From: a virus
Virus record (IMG/VR): IMGVR_UViG_3300027868_000008
DNA: 64,000 nt
Strand: one strand, 5' to 3'
Shown here: piece after piece, positions 44,441 to 54,805 of the stretch
Layout: every line of letters begins with the position of its first letter
How positions within the stretch are numbered: position 1 is the first letter of the stretch
Made by a program: the position numbers and the translations under genes
The notes under the pieces: generated by a model
The model's input: only the letters and a program-made list of their open reading frames with translations
Database searches by the model: none
Told to the model about the DNA's origin: nothing

Positions 44441-47235
44441 CGCGAACCCCCAATCACCCGTAGGCGCTGTTGCTGATGGGCCTGGCATAGGTCAACCTGC
44501 CGGCTCCACCATGATTCGATAATGAACCACCCTGTCTCGCCATTATACTGGCATTCGCAGTCCAGCGCATTGGCAGCCCGCAGTGCGTCGGTGATACGCC
44601 CCGGGTCCGGAAGTGGCAGATAACGCTGCGTGGTAGCACGTGCGAGCATCTCGCGGCCGATGAAGACCCCAGGCGCACGCGTACCGTCATCGACTTTGAC
44701 GATGGCGGCTGTGCCCGCATCGGCGTCATAGCCCGCTTGCTCCGTACGTAGAACCCCGTCCATTACAAAGCGACATACCAGCGAAACGAAGCGCACCGCC
44801 TGGCTGCTTGGATCGTCGGTCTCGTCGTCAATGAGCGTATGTGCGCTCTGGATGAAGTCACTATCTCCGTACGGCGCCATCATGTGCGCCATGTCATCCA
44901 ATACTCGGTGGCCTTCGCTACCGGCGTCAGACTCCAGCAGCAGCTTGCGTTTGGCCACGCGTTCAAGCCACATCGGTATGACGTGCCTACCGTACAGTTG
45001 GACCTCTGGTCCTGGCTCAACTGGGTCAGTGCAGCGGACAAACCGCCACGGATCCAGCATGCCGGCGAGATCTGCCTGATACTTGTCAAGATACGTCATC
45101 ACGTTGCGCAGGAAGTCGCCGTTAAGCCAGTTACCGAGGATCGTCCTGCTGCATCCGCGTGTAAGTGTCAGGTACAGCGGCCACCGGTGCCGTGTTGTGA
45201 TTTGTGTGAGCTGGTTAGCGAGGCGCACTCCGTAGCGCCCGCCTGTGCTCATGCCAGAGAGCTCGCAGCAACCAGCAGCCGTGGCGGCGGCGTGCCCAAC
45301 CATCAACGCGCCGTGACCCACTACCCCGATACCGCGTACTGGTTGGCCCGTAGCTGGCGCAATGATGTTGGCCCCCAGACAGCCCATAGCCGCCCAGAAG
45401 ATGCGATTGGACGGCGTATCGCGCGTGATCATTGCAATGTCTGCTGGTGGGATACTGGGCGGCGTCAGGTTGCGGCCGGGCGTCCACTCGTCAACGGTAT
45501 GGGCTGCGGCTTCGCTGACCGAGCCGCCCAGGTGCACAGCGAACTGCGGCAGCAGGAACTGCGAGTCTCGCGGCTTCCAGCCAAAACGGCCGTCCTCATT
45601 GATGACCGTTGGTGTATAGAAAGCACGAGCAACGTCCATGAGGTGAACAGTCCAGCCCCGGCGAACAGTCACAAGCTTCTTCGCCTTGGCCAACAGCTTC
45701 TTCTTGAGCCACTCACCCGGGTTCTTGTCGACCTTCGACATGGGCTCCGTGAACTCGATTTGCTCCTCTTGGTAGAGTATGCGTCCGTGATAGTAGGCTT
45801 CAGCGTTTTCGTCGTCATCGCGGCAGATCACCTTCTCGACGCGGATTACAGCGTCTGAGATGCACTCGCTGGTCTTCTGCAGGAACCAGCCCGCCTCGGA
45901 CTCAGTGATTCGCTTCCCGCGGACTATGACAGAACTGAGCAGCCGTACGTCGTGCCGATGCCGGTCGAGGAGCTCCCGTACTTGCGGTGCGCAAGTTGCC
46001 TTGAAGTACTGCATGCGCCCAGGCGGCATGTTCATCTGCTGCAGCAGCGTCACTGCGGCAGCCTCTGGCAGTACGCGTAGCTGCGTCTCCAGGACCTCTG
46101 TCCAGTGCCGTGCGCGTTTCTGGATGTGCCGCAGCCAGAGCTGCATCGGCTGCTGTTGCAAGTCCAGCAAATGCCTGCTGATGTAGATCAGGCCGTCAGC
46201 GCGCGCAGCCATGTCAAACAGATCCGGCGACAGCTTTGCTCCCCAGAAGATGAATTTCTTGTCGGGACGTGCGCCCCAGATATCGTGGGATACGAGGCGC
46301 CACTCATGGGCGCGGCGTCTGACGCGTGCTGGGTACGTTCCGACAATCGGCAGCGGCAGCTCTGAGTCACGCATGAATCGTGCTTGCATCTTCAACGCCT
46401 GCAGCGGATCGTTCATCACGAAGATCGTGTTCTGGAACCACTCAGTGTGTGCTGTTGGCGCATCCATCACGTCGTACATGCAGCAGCCAATTTCTGTTGA
46501 GGGGTCTGCTGCTGCCCGTGTGTTCGTGTCTACGACCTTGAAGGCGTAGTCCTTGTCAGGCTTGCCCTTCCGCCCCAAGAACAAGACGCCGGCACATCGC
46601 CCCGGGAGATCGTGAAAAGGCACAGAAAGCACGTCGTGCCAAGCCTTACCCGGAAACAGCGTGCCATGTGGAGTGGTCGCGTAGCTCTGTTTCTCCGTGA
46701 CGGTGGGCGCAAATGTGCGCAGCGCCCGCAACCGCGGCACGCCACCCATAAATCGGCCCATCCGCGACTTCCAGTACTGCCGGTGCTGATCTTTCGGGAG
46801 CCCCAGCTGATGCAGGAGCCCGGCGACCTGCAGACCGCTCCCTAGCCGCTTCCGGCCCGCTATCGCCAGCAGGCGGCACCTCTCCTGCATTCCAGGGCAC
46901 TCGTAGGCGTAAGCCTCGATGGCGTCTAGGGTAAGCGTTGTCCCGGAGAACGGCGCCCCATGGCCCGTTAGCTTGTGAATCGCCTGTGGGAGGTCGCAAT
47001 CCCAGGTAGCAGCCGCCAGCTCGATCATATCGCCCGCAGAGCGGCAGTCAGGACAGTAGTGCCAGTTTCCGCCGAATTTGGTATCATCATAGATGTGAAG
47101 GCGGTGTCCGTGGCACAATGGGCACTGCACCATCAGCGGCATGGAGCCGGTGGTGGCCTTAACCCCAAGCAATGGTAGTACTTGGTGCCAACCGACATAT
47201 GCGTTGAGTGAACGTCGTTGTTGTCGTTGTCGCAT
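44437..47235 (-). CDS. large 932-aa protein with N-terminal DnaG-type CHC2 zinc finger (putative primase or primase-associated)
   Basis: QCPLCHGHRLHIYDD...WHYCPDCRSAGDMIEL matches zf-CHC2; rest unrecognised; no Walker A seen. Confidence 0.5.
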   Translation of the reverse strand: MRQRQQRRSLNAYVGWHQVLPLLGVKATTGSMPLMVQCPLCHGHRLHIYDDTKFGGNWHYCPDCRSAGDMIELAAATWDCDLPQAIHKLTGHGAPFSGTTLTLDAIEAYAYECPGMQERCRLLAIAGRKRLGSGLQVAGLLHQLGLPKDQHRQYWKSRMGRFMGGVPRLRALRTFAPTVTEKQSYATTPHGTLFPGKAWHDVLSVPFHDLPGRCAGVLFLGRKGKPDKDYAFKVVDTNTRAAADPSTEIGCCMYDVMDAPTAHTEWFQNTIFVMNDPLQALKMQARFMRDSELPLPIVGTYPARVRRRAHEWRLVSHDIWGARPDKKFIFWGAKLSPDLFDMAARADGLIYISRHLLDLQQQPMQLWLRHIQKRARHWTEVLETQLRVLPEAAAVTLLQQMNMPPGRMQYFKATCAPQVRELLDRHRHDVRLLSSVIVRGKRITESEAGWFLQKTSECISDAVIRVEKVICRDDDENAEAYYHGRILYQEEQIEFTEPMSKVDKNPGEWLKKKLLAKAKKLVTVRRGWTVHLMDVARAFYTPTVINEDGRFGWKPRDSQFLLPQFAVHLGGSVSEAAAHTVDEWTPGRNLTPPSIPPADIAMITRDTPSNRIFWAAMGCLGANIIAPATGQPVRGIGVVGHGALMVGHAAATAAGCCELSGMSTGGRYGVRLANQLTQITTRHRWPLYLTLTRGCSRTILGNWLNGDFLRNVMTYLDKYQADLAGMLDPWRFVRCTDPVEPGPEVQLYGRHVIPMWLERVAKRKLLLESDAGSEGHRVLDDMAHMMAPYGDSDFIQSAHTLIDDETDDPSSQAVRFVSLVCRFVMDGVLRTEQAGYDADAGTAAIVKVDDGTRAPGVFIGREMLARATTQRYLPLPDPGRITDALRAANALDCECQYNGETGWFIIESWWSRQVDLCQAHQQQRLRVIGGSR

Positions 47236-47262
47236 CTAGTCCTCCGGTACAGGAGCCCCAAT

Positions 47263-48486
47263 ATGTCCACCGTAATCGATCAGACGGACGACCGCAACGG
47301 TCAAGAGCTACACCGTATCGCAGCATTGTACCCGCTGCCTGACTTTGTCAAGAATGCGAACTCCGACGACGTGTGCGGTACTGACGACCTCCCACCGCAC
47401 CTGTTTGCCGACATAACGCGCCGGCGCTTTCCGATTCACACCGGACCAGCCACGCTGATCTCATCGGTGTTTTTCTATGAGAAGAAGGCCGAAATGCCAA
47501 GCGGCCGTGCCCAGCTGCTGGAGCAGAATCTGCTCAAAGCCGCCAAGTACTTCCGCATCGGCGGCTACCTCAAGACGATCCAGGAGAAAGCTGCAGCGCT
47601 TCAAACGCCCGAGCCGGTTACGCTGGAAGACGACACGTTCGCTATCGTATTCAAGCACACTGATGGCACAAAGGAACGCCACTACCCGATGCGGAATCCG
47701 CGGGAAGTGAAGACCGCAGCGGCCTGGCTTGAGGCCCGCCGCGATCTACTGCCCTTCGAGGATCGCCGGCAGGTCGCCGACAAGATCCTGCAGAAGGCCG
47801 CACAACTGGGCGCCGACGTCAGCGCACACCGCGATATGCTGGAGAAAACCGCCGGTATGGGCGGCTGCGCCAGCAAGGACGCCGCAGCGCTGATCCGTAC
47901 GCGCGTGCGCATCCTGGGCAATACCCTCAAGCCGACGCCGATCCAGCAAGAGCTGGAAAAACTGGCTCGACTGTGTGAGGAGTCCCCAGCTATTGCCGTG
48001 CAGCATTTTGCCCCGCTGACGAAGATCGCCAGCATCATCGACCAGTTCGATCGCGAGCACGGCTTGAATCGCCGGTACGACGACACCGTTGAACGCCCGG
48101 AGGACGTGCTGTTTGGCGTCACCACGAAGATCGCTGCCGAGGTCTCTGACGAGCTGATCGGCTCGCTGACTGGCAACTACTACAAACGCGCGGACCTGCA
48201 AGCGGTGCCGGTCCGTGATCTCGCAGACACGCTTGGCGAGGACTTTGCCGACGCGATCAGCACTGCTGGTGCCTGGGTAGACACCGAGAAGCTGGCCACG
48301 ATCGTGCCTACGCTGCCCCGGGACGACGCAGAGCAGTTCGACGAGGTCGTTGCTGCTGCTGGCATTCGTCCCTTTGCGCAGAAATCTGCATCCGTAGGTC
48401 GTGCAATTCCTGCAGAGGATCACGCAGCCATTGCAGCTGCGCACAATCCTACCCCCGGCGGCCTTTGGGATCGCCTGGGAAAATGA
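47263..48486 (+). CDS. hypothetical protein
   Basis: 407 aa from MSTVIDQ with GGAG RBS; divergent from primase-like gene, about 27 nt apart. Confidence 0.55.
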   Translation: MSTVIDQTDDRNGQELHRIAALYPLPDFVKNANSDDVCGTDDLPPHLFADITRRRFPIHTGPATLISSVFFYEKKAEMPSGRAQLLEQNLLKAAKYFRIGGYLKTIQEKAAALQTPEPVTLEDDTFAIVFKHTDGTKERHYPMRNPREVKTAAAWLEARRDLLPFEDRRQVADKILQKAAQLGADVSAHRDMLEKTAGMGGCASKDAAALIRTRVRILGNTLKPTPIQQELEKLARLCEESPAIAVQHFAPLTKIASIIDQFDREHGLNRRYDDTVERPEDVLFGVTTKIAAEVSDELIGSLTGNYYKRADLQAVPVRDLADTLGEDFADAISTAGAWVDTEKLATIVPTLPRDDAEQFDEVVAAAGIRPFAQKSASVGRAIPAEDHAAIAAAHNPTPGGLWDRLGK

Positions 48487-48590
48487 GCGTGAACAGTACG
48501 TACATACCGTAGCCAGCAACAAGCACTACGATGCCGAAGGTGAGACCAGACGGATGGTCTTTGGCAGCTAGGAGTAGTTGTGTGATCATG
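48456..48590 (-). CDS. small hydrophobic membrane peptide
   Basis: about 44 aa MITQLLLAAKDHPSGLTFGIVVLVAGYGMYVLFTLIFPGD...; GGAGAG RBS; ATGA overlap with upstream gene. Confidence 0.3.
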
Positions 48591-48822
48591 CGTGGCTGCT
48601 CTCCTCTGTATCCGCCTCGAAGTCATTGTCATCGTCGGCGAAGTCCCAATCGTCATCGAAGTCGTCATCGAAATCGGCGTCTTCTGCGGCAGTATTGGGC
48701 CTAGGCCCATCAGTCAGTGCGGGATCTTCGGGATCCTGCGGTGTCTGCGCTATGCGTAGCATTGGAAGCACGTCATCGCTGAGCGCCGTCGCATCGTTCT
48801 CGTCATCCGTGCGTACTGTCAT
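48586..48822 (-). CDS. highly acidic small protein
   Basis: 78 aa with DFDDDFDDDWDFADDDNDFEADTEE; AGGAGA RBS. Confidence 0.5.
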   Translation of the reverse strand: MTVRTDDENDATALSDDVLPMLRIAQTPQDPEDPALTDGPRPNTAAEDADFDDDFDDDWDFADDDNDFEADTEESSHA

Positions 48823-48900
48823 AGATACATCTCCTGGGTAAGGGGGAACGTGTCCACGGGCCCGGGGGCGATATTGCCCCCGGGCTGCGGATCACCGTCG

Positions 48901-49827
48901 TCAAGAATTGGTGGCTTCGGCGCCGGGTATGGCCGGAACCATGGTCGTAAGCGTTGGATCGGCTGTGACTTCCTGTATCACATGCTGCGGCGCCTGGTGT
49001 CCAAGTATGGCATCACCGCGCGCAATCCTGTCCATTGCCGCTTGCACTGTTGCCTTGTCATGTGGTAGCGCAGGCCGCGCAGCAATGCTTGCTGCTACAC
49101 TTTCGCGGGTCGGCTGGTGTTCCAACGGAAGCGCTGCCTGTAGCGGCACAGCTGGTGCCATCTTGGCAACATGCTGATCGACCGCAGCGATTACCACGTC
49201 GTTGACGCGTGACTCGCGGTTGTCGAACCAGATGGCGTTGCGGATGCTGTGAAGCACAGCTGGCTGGCTGTAGTACGGGAAACGTGGGACCCAAAGGCGA
49301 CGCCTACAGGTCGAACAACGCGTACCGGTTACAGGTAGCTCGTGCGCGCAGCCGCGCCGCTTGCCGCATATGAAATCCCACGGGGGCTCTGCCTTGCGCT
49401 GCGTAGCTAACGACGCATTTGGCCGCATGTAGGTCGGGATCGGCAGTTCGTGGAGATCTTCGGCGAAATCGCGTGGGACCTCTACGGCTGTGCGGAGTGC
49501 ACGCGCCTGACCGATGTATCTGTTCCACCGATCCATCTCGTTGCAGTAGGCGCCGCCAGCGCATAGTGTGCCGTCAGGCAGGAAGAACGCCAGGCCAAGA
49601 CCGGCCAACCGGCCAGTAAGGCCTGCTTGCTGCGACCGCAGCGTAAGGATCGGGGTGCCGTCATGGCGTGAGCCAATCTGTACCACGTACCGCATGTAGA
49701 CGTGACCGTTTAGTACGAGGTCACGCAGTGAACTCATCGCCTGCTTACTGGCTTGTATGTACGCGGATCGTGACCCGGAATGCACACACGCAGCATTGAA
49801 CGCTGTTTGAAGCTCTTGTAGTGTCAA
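48901..49827 (-). CDS. hypothetical protein
   Basis: 308 aa ORF. Confidence 0.5.
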   Translation of the reverse strand: MTLQELQTAFNAACVHSGSRSAYIQASKQAMSSLRDLVLNGHVYMRYVVQIGSRHDGTPILTLRSQQAGLTGRLAGLGLAFFLPDGTLCAGGAYCNEMDRWNRYIGQARALRTAVEVPRDFAEDLHELPIPTYMRPNASLATQRKAEPPWDFICGKRRGCAHELPVTGTRCSTCRRRLWVPRFPYYSQPAVLHSIRNAIWFDNRESRVNDVVIAAVDQHVAKMAPAVPLQAALPLEHQPTRESVAASIAARPALPHDKATVQAAMDRIARGDAILGHQAPQHVIQEVTADPTLTTMVPAIPGAEATNS

Positions 49828-49880
49828 CTGTGTCTCCTTGAAGTGGCATCTGCACGGTTGCTTACAACCGCTGAGCCGAA

Positions 49881-50795
49881 TTACGTTTTGACGTCAGGGT
49901 TATGCCTGTCCGTCTTGATTCGTCGTAGTGCGCGCCCGCCTGCCTGCAACTTACGTTTTCGTCGCTGTGGCCGCCCACCCAGGGCGCGTCGCGCAATGTT
50001 AGTTAGTTTCCGCCTGAGCAACCACTGCCGCAACCGTGTCCACGTTGGCTTGCCCAGGCGTTTGCAACGCTCACGCAGCTGCCACAAATTGTCGACAGTC
50101 ACATGCGTGAAGTCGTTGCCAGGTGTGGGTTGTACAGTAGCAACCAGATTACGGAAGTCAACTGCGCCATCTACGCGCATGAACGTCGGCCAGTTGCGTT
50201 CCATCTCCGTGCATACCTCGTGGCTGATGTCTTTGCAAGTATGCCCGATATGCGTGTAGATGTTGACGGCCTTCCCATTCACGTATCCGTAATTGCGAGT
50301 CCCGTGCTGCCATCCGCTCATCAGCTTCATGCCGTGCCAGCGCCCGGTTATGCTGTATGTCAGCTCGTCTTCAGGCAGAAGTAGCAGCATGAGCGGCGTA
50401 AGCATGCCTGACGTAGCCGTATACGGATGGCAAAGAATTCCTTGCCCAGTCGCAAATCGCGAAGAGCTTAGATACTCCTCCTTGTCCGTGCAGGCTACAC
50501 GATACGCACCGTCTCCTGGCGGACACGGATACCGTGGATGCCGACGCTCGTAGTCTTGCAGGCGCCCTAGCTCTTGCTCTCTGGCCTTTACGCCCATCCC
50601 CTCTGACGTGATACCGCGACACGGCGTAATCAACTCGAGCGCGCTGGGCTCGTCTACTAGCCGGGCACGGTACTTGCTGCGGAGCTGCGCGGTGACCTCA
50701 TCGATGCCCGTGGGACTGACCGCGCGCTGGCGCACAAGCGGCACCGGCTGCACTGCATCTTCGGCTTGTAGCTTTTCCCGTTCTCCCCTGGACAT
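49881..50795 (-). CDS. hypothetical protein
   Basis: 304 aa ORF. Confidence 0.5.
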   Translation of the reverse strand: MSRGEREKLQAEDAVQPVPLVRQRAVSPTGIDEVTAQLRSKYRARLVDEPSALELITPCRGITSEGMGVKAREQELGRLQDYERRHPRYPCPPGDGAYRVACTDKEEYLSSSRFATGQGILCHPYTATSGMLTPLMLLLLPEDELTYSITGRWHGMKLMSGWQHGTRNYGYVNGKAVNIYTHIGHTCKDISHEVCTEMERNWPTFMRVDGAVDFRNLVATVQPTPGNDFTHVTVDNLWQLRERCKRLGKPTWTRLRQWLLRRKLTNIARRALGGRPQRRKRKLQAGGRALRRIKTDRHNPDVKT

Positions 50796-51373
50796 ACTAG
50801 CCTCCCGGCTACAAATTTCGTTATGGTGTCACGCTTGTTGCGGAAGACCAGATCAGTATAGGCTGGAACACTGTCATCGTGTTCCAGCTGCAGGAAGGCT
50901 ACGCGTATGCTAGGCCACACCGGCGGTGCGCCATCCTGGCTATGCGTATCCTTATCTGCTGACCACCACAAGCGTACGTTAGGCAGTTGCGATAAATCGC
51001 GTAGCGCTGCTACCATTCGCGGTATGCGCCATGAGCGGGTAAACAAGAAGAATGTTGCACCCGGACACTGCTTGGCGATCCGTACCCACTTGCGGATGTA
51101 AGCCGCACTGTAGAGATCGCCACTGACATGGACCCTAAGAACCTTTACCTTTTGCTGCTTGATCTCAGCAACCATCTGCGGCACAAAACTCGACTGCTTC
51201 GACAGTGTGAAGTTGCGGCGATGACTCGCCTTCACTGTACACATGTGGAAGAAGCCCTTTGTGGCATAGCAGACAGACGCACATGCCTCTGTTTCTCCCG
51301 GGCAGCTCGTGTGTGCTGGCAGGGAGAAGGTGTGCATGTTTCCGAGCTTGGTGTTACCTCGTTGTAACATCAT
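50657..51373 (-). CDS. phage Gp37/Gp68-like (DUF5131) three-Cys-motif protein
   Basis: N-terminal TKLGNMHTFSLPAHTSCPGETEACASVCYA resembles Gp37/Gp68 family signature. Confidence 0.45.
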   Translation of the reverse strand: MMLQRGNTKLGNMHTFSLPAHTSCPGETEACASVCYATKGFFHMCTVKASHRRNFTLSKQSSFVPQMVAEIKQQKVKVLRVHVSGDLYSAAYIRKWVRIAKQCPGATFFLFTRSWRIPRMVAALRDLSQLPNVRLWWSADKDTHSQDGAPPVWPSIRVAFLQLEHDDSVPAYTDLVFRNKRDTITKFVAGRLVCPGENGKSYKPKMQCSRCRLCASARSVPRASMRSPRSSAASTVPG

Positions 51374-51478
51374 ACCTCTTTGCTACTGGTCAGAGGCACG
51401 CCTAAGCCCGCGGCTTCGGCATCACCCCTCAAAAATCAAGTAGCAGTCGAGGTTCAGGTTCTTAGGGTCGAGTCTTCG

Positions 51479-51856
51479 TTAGGAACGTCTCCTGATGTGG
51501 ACTCTACGTGGCTGTCGCTCACTGAAGTCGAGCTGTGGCCGCTTAGCCTGCAACCAGGAAGTCGGCGCAGGCACGAAGTCATCTACGGGTGTCATGTCGG
51601 CGTACTCTACGGCCAATGACTCCGTACAGTGCCTACATATCCGCGGTTTGGGTGTGCCGTCCTTGTGCTTCTTCCGAATGGCCCAGCCGCGGCAGTCGCA
51701 GGTCAGAACACCGTCGGACCACAGGATGGTCAGGTACTTAGTCAACCCGTTTGACGAGGTTGTCTCCTTGACCTTAGAGGGGTCACGACCGCGGCCCTGC
51801 GGACTTCCCGCAGCATACTTCTTGCCGTTACGGAAAGTCCATTCAAGCTGGTGCGC
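51479..51856 (-). CDS. SWIM-type zinc finger protein
   Basis: Start at MAHQLEWTF after GGAGGCACAAG; LTCDCRGW...ICRHC fits CxCxnCxH. Confidence 0.5.
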   Translation of the reverse strand, partial: AHQLEWTFRNGKKYAAGSPQGRGRDPSKVKETTSSNGLTKYLTILWSDGVLTCDCRGWAIRKKHKDGTPKPRICRHCTESLAVEYADMTPVDDFVPAPTSWLQAKRPQLDFSERQPRRVHIRRRS

Positions 51857-52194
51857 CATCTTGTGCCTCCGTCGGTTGTGGCATACGCGCTTTACGGCGT
51901 TCACGCATATGCCGCAGGACCCGCAGTTTTTCTCCCGCACAGCGATCGCACAAGCAATCTGGTGCGCAGATCGTACCCAACACAGCTCCTTGCTTATCAC
52001 CGGCAGCGTGCTCCATGAGCTCGAGTTCGGCACGGGCGGTCGCGAGTGCGCGCTGTGTCCGCCGTAGGATTTCGCTGGCGTGTCGTTTCGCGTGGCGCAC
52101 ACCTAAGCTCGCCAGCATATACCCCAAAATGCCGCCAATAACGCAGCCAACGAGGAGCAACAACATCAAGTCGAAGTCAGTTACTAGTCGCATC
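51843..52194 (-). CDS. small membrane-anchored protein
   Basis: Start at MRLVTDFDLMLLLLVGCVIGGILGYMLASL with identical GGAGGCACAAGATG initiation context. Confidence 0.45.
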
Positions 52195-52377
52195 TTGTGC
52201 CTCCGTTGTAGGTGGTTTTTGTTGATGCGCATGCAACATTGCGCGCACTTGTACGGCTGCCGCCTGTACGTCCTCTTCAATCGCAGCGATGCGTTGGCCG
52301 AGGATAGCCTGGCGTTTCTCGAATAAGCGCTCCAGCTTTGCGGCTGTGGCTGCCGCTTTACGCAGCCGGAGGTGCAT
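52177..52377 (-). CDS. small coiled-coil protein
   Basis: 66 aa. Confidence 0.35.
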   Translation of the reverse strand: MHLRLRKAAATAAKLERLFEKRQAILGQRIAAIEEDVQAAAVQVRAMLHAHQQKPPTTEAQDATSN

Positions 52378-52452
52378 CGATACGCGTGTCGCTATCAGCG
52401 CTACGAAGGCGCCAACGAAAAGCCTACAAAGAGCAACCCAATTACGTCGGCG

Positions 52453-53556
52453 TTAGTCACCATCTGCATTTGCGCGTCTCCTGATACGGATACCACGGAA
52501 ACGGCGTACGGCTGTGGCTGCTGCTTTGACGTCAGCAGCTTCGTCGCGTACGCCACGTAAGCCGGCAGCCAGTCTTGCGCCTACCTCCGCATCAGAGTTG
52601 AGTTGCTGCGGTGTGACGGCGTCTAGGCGCTTACGGCACTTGCCGATGCGCTTGACTAGCTCCGGTCCGGTAAGAAAAGCAAAGCCCTCAACCATCTCAA
52701 AGGCGCGGCGCACCTGCTCCAGCGTGCCGTTACGCACGACACGGTTTGTGTCTTGCAGCGCCTCTAGCAGGTTGTCTGCCGCTTTGCACAGCATTTCACG
52801 CGGCTCCTTGGACATGTCGTCAAGCATCCGCTGCGTAAACTTGTGCATCTGATCATGGGCCTCAGTGACCAGCTCAGCAGCTTGCTCATCCGTGAGCTCA
52901 CGCGTCTCCACCTGGGTACGCGCCTTCTCGAGGATCTCCAGCGCCGCTGCTACAGTTTCCTCGCTTTCAGCGTCTATGCTGAGCGCGCGGATCGTCAACT
53001 CGAGCACGTCAAGGTCGTCGCTGCGGATGTTTCCAGGGCCACCCATCGGGATGATCGCCCAGACGATGCTGAACTTTTCAGCGACCTCGTCAGCAGCGGG
53101 CAGCCGCTTCGCTGCCTTCTTATACAGTGCATCGCTCAGGCGGTCCTTCAGCTGTGCCAAGATTTCGGTGTACTCCGCAACGAACTCATCGCGGATTGTT
53201 TCCATCTCGGTACGCATCTTCTGGAGGCCAGCAAAGACCTCAGTAGCGCGCACAACGGGCAGGACAGAGATACCCTTCGCTTCAAAGCGCACAGACGCCT
53301 GATCCAGCAGTTTACGGGCGCGCCCTTCCCAGTTGACAATCCGCTTACGCCACGTAGCGGGCATCAGTGTCCACCGAGGATCACTCCGAAACTCCTTGTC
53401 GATCTCCTCGGTTGTGTCGTCGCCGTTTGCGACCTCCACGACTGCATCTGCGATCTGGTATGTCATCTTGGGCCAACTGATCGAGAGTGTGACCAAGAAA
53501 ACATGACGGGTAACTTTCTCCAGTAGTGGCAGCTGCGCGTCTGTAGCATCAGCCAT
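52453..53556 (-). CDS. hypothetical protein
   Basis: Start at MADATDAQ; about 367 aa. Confidence 0.5.
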   Translation of the reverse strand: MADATDAQLPLLEKVTRHVFLVTLSISWPKMTYQIADAVVEVANGDDTTEEIDKEFRSDPRWTLMPATWRKRIVNWEGRARKLLDQASVRFEAKGISVLPVVRATEVFAGLQKMRTEMETIRDEFVAEYTEILAQLKDRLSDALYKKAAKRLPAADEVAEKFSIVWAIIPMGGPGNIRSDDLDVLELTIRALSIDAESEETVAAALEILEKARTQVETRELTDEQAAELVTEAHDQMHKFTQRMLDDMSKEPREMLCKAADNLLEALQDTNRVVRNGTLEQVRRAFEMVEGFAFLTGPELVKRIGKCRKRLDAVTPQQLNSDAEVGARLAAGLRGVRDEAADVKAAATAVRRFRGIRIRRRANADGD

Positions 53557-53607
53557 TGCATTATTTCCTAGGCCATGGTGGCATGTATGCAACAGAAAGG
53601 ATGCCAC

Positions 53608-54084
53608 ATGACTACCAAGTTATGTCGACGTTGCCACCGGCGGCGGCAACTGAAATACTTTACGCGAGACCGTCGGAGCCCCGACGGCCTTGCATACTAC
53701 TGCCGTGACTGTAAACGGGAGTACTCACGTGCATTTTTCGAAAGGCGCCCCGAACGGCGCCGGCAGTATAATGCAGCACGCGCCCCTCGCGATCCCGCCG
53801 AAAAGCGACTATCCGGACGTAAATCGATGCTAAAGCAGTATGGCCTTACCGTCGAAGCCTATGAGAAGTTGGCACAGGATCAGCACCATAAGTGCGCCAT
53901 CTGTAACCAACCCGAAACAGCTACTTATGCCAGCAGGCCTCGTCGCCTTGCAGTGGACCATAACCATACTACGTCACAGCTGCGAGCATTGCTGTGTTAC
54001 CGTTGCAACTCGCTGTTAGGTTACGGGCAAGAGAGTCCGGCCATCCTGCGCGCAGCCGCAGACTACCTGGAAAAACACGCTTAA
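53608..54084 (+). CDS. recombination endonuclease VII (Holliday junction resolvase, T4 gp49-like)
   Basis: HHKCAICNQ...LAVDHNHTTSQLRALLCYRCNSLLGY matches Endonuclease_7 signature; AAAGGA RBS. Confidence 0.85.
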   Translation: MTTKLCRRCHRRRQLKYFTRDRRSPDGLAYYCRDCKREYSRAFFERRPERRRQYNAARAPRDPAEKRLSGRKSMLKQYGLTVEAYEKLAQDQHHKCAICNQPETATYASRPRRLAVDHNHTTSQLRALLCYRCNSLLGYGQESPAILRAAADYLEKHA

Positions 54085-54452
54085 CTGCCAATAGGCTCCG
54101 GAAGGTTATGGGCTCCTAGCCAGTCACGCTCGGCTATTATAGCTGCTGCGTGGCTGACATACGGGCCCAATACTGCGCCACCCACCGGGAGCATGTCTGC
54201 CCACCAGTGGTTGGTCAACTCCTCATCGTCCTTGAAGCAGCGCGTCCGCTCGTCCGACGTACGGCTGACATGGCCGTAGAGTACCAGCCATTCGCGCGCA
54301 TCGTGCGACAGCGACGACCAGGTTTCCACATGCGAGTTCCGCCACGTTTTGACCTTCGGGCCGATGACAGCGCCAACGGCCTCGGAAGCCGGATCCACCA
54401 GGTGTTTGGCAGATCCGTCCTTCTCGACGATCAGCTCAACTGATCTCGTCAT
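54081..54452 (-). CDS. hypothetical protein
   Basis: 123 aa ORF. Confidence 0.45.
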   Translation of the reverse strand: MTRSVELIVEKDGSAKHLVDPASEAVGAVIGPKVKTWRNSHVETWSSLSHDAREWLVLYGHVSRTSDERTRCFKDDEELTNHWWADMLPVGGAVLGPYVSHAAAIIAERDWLGAHNLPEPIGS

Positions 54453-54592
54453 GTCGCTCCTCTCGTTGTAATGCGCTGCACCCGTCCGCAGTTCTTACTA
54501 CGCTTGTGCGAATGCGGACTGCAGCTCTTTGGTTTCAACGATCTCGTCGTTGTGGTCTAGGCACACGCCCAGTAGCCACTGTAGCAGACGGA

Positions 54593-54798
54593 TCATTGCT
54601 GTTGCTCGGCCTTGATCTCCACCTGCTCGGGTGGCTCATAGGCCTCTTGCGTATCATTCGATGCGATGACGGCGCCGAAGCAGCCCTCAAACGCAGCCGA
54701 GATGGTCCGGCACTTGCCGCCGGCTACACCGATTACGTGTGTCTCTGTTTCGCCGTTAGGCTTCACAGTGATTTCGATTCGTTGCTCAGATGCCACGA
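54593..54798 (-). CDS. hypothetical protein (GTG start)
   Basis: AGGAGA RBS 8 nt before GTG at 54798; track ORF N-terminus reads through the palindromic element. Confidence 0.4.
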
Positions 54799-54805
54799 GG
54801 TCGTT

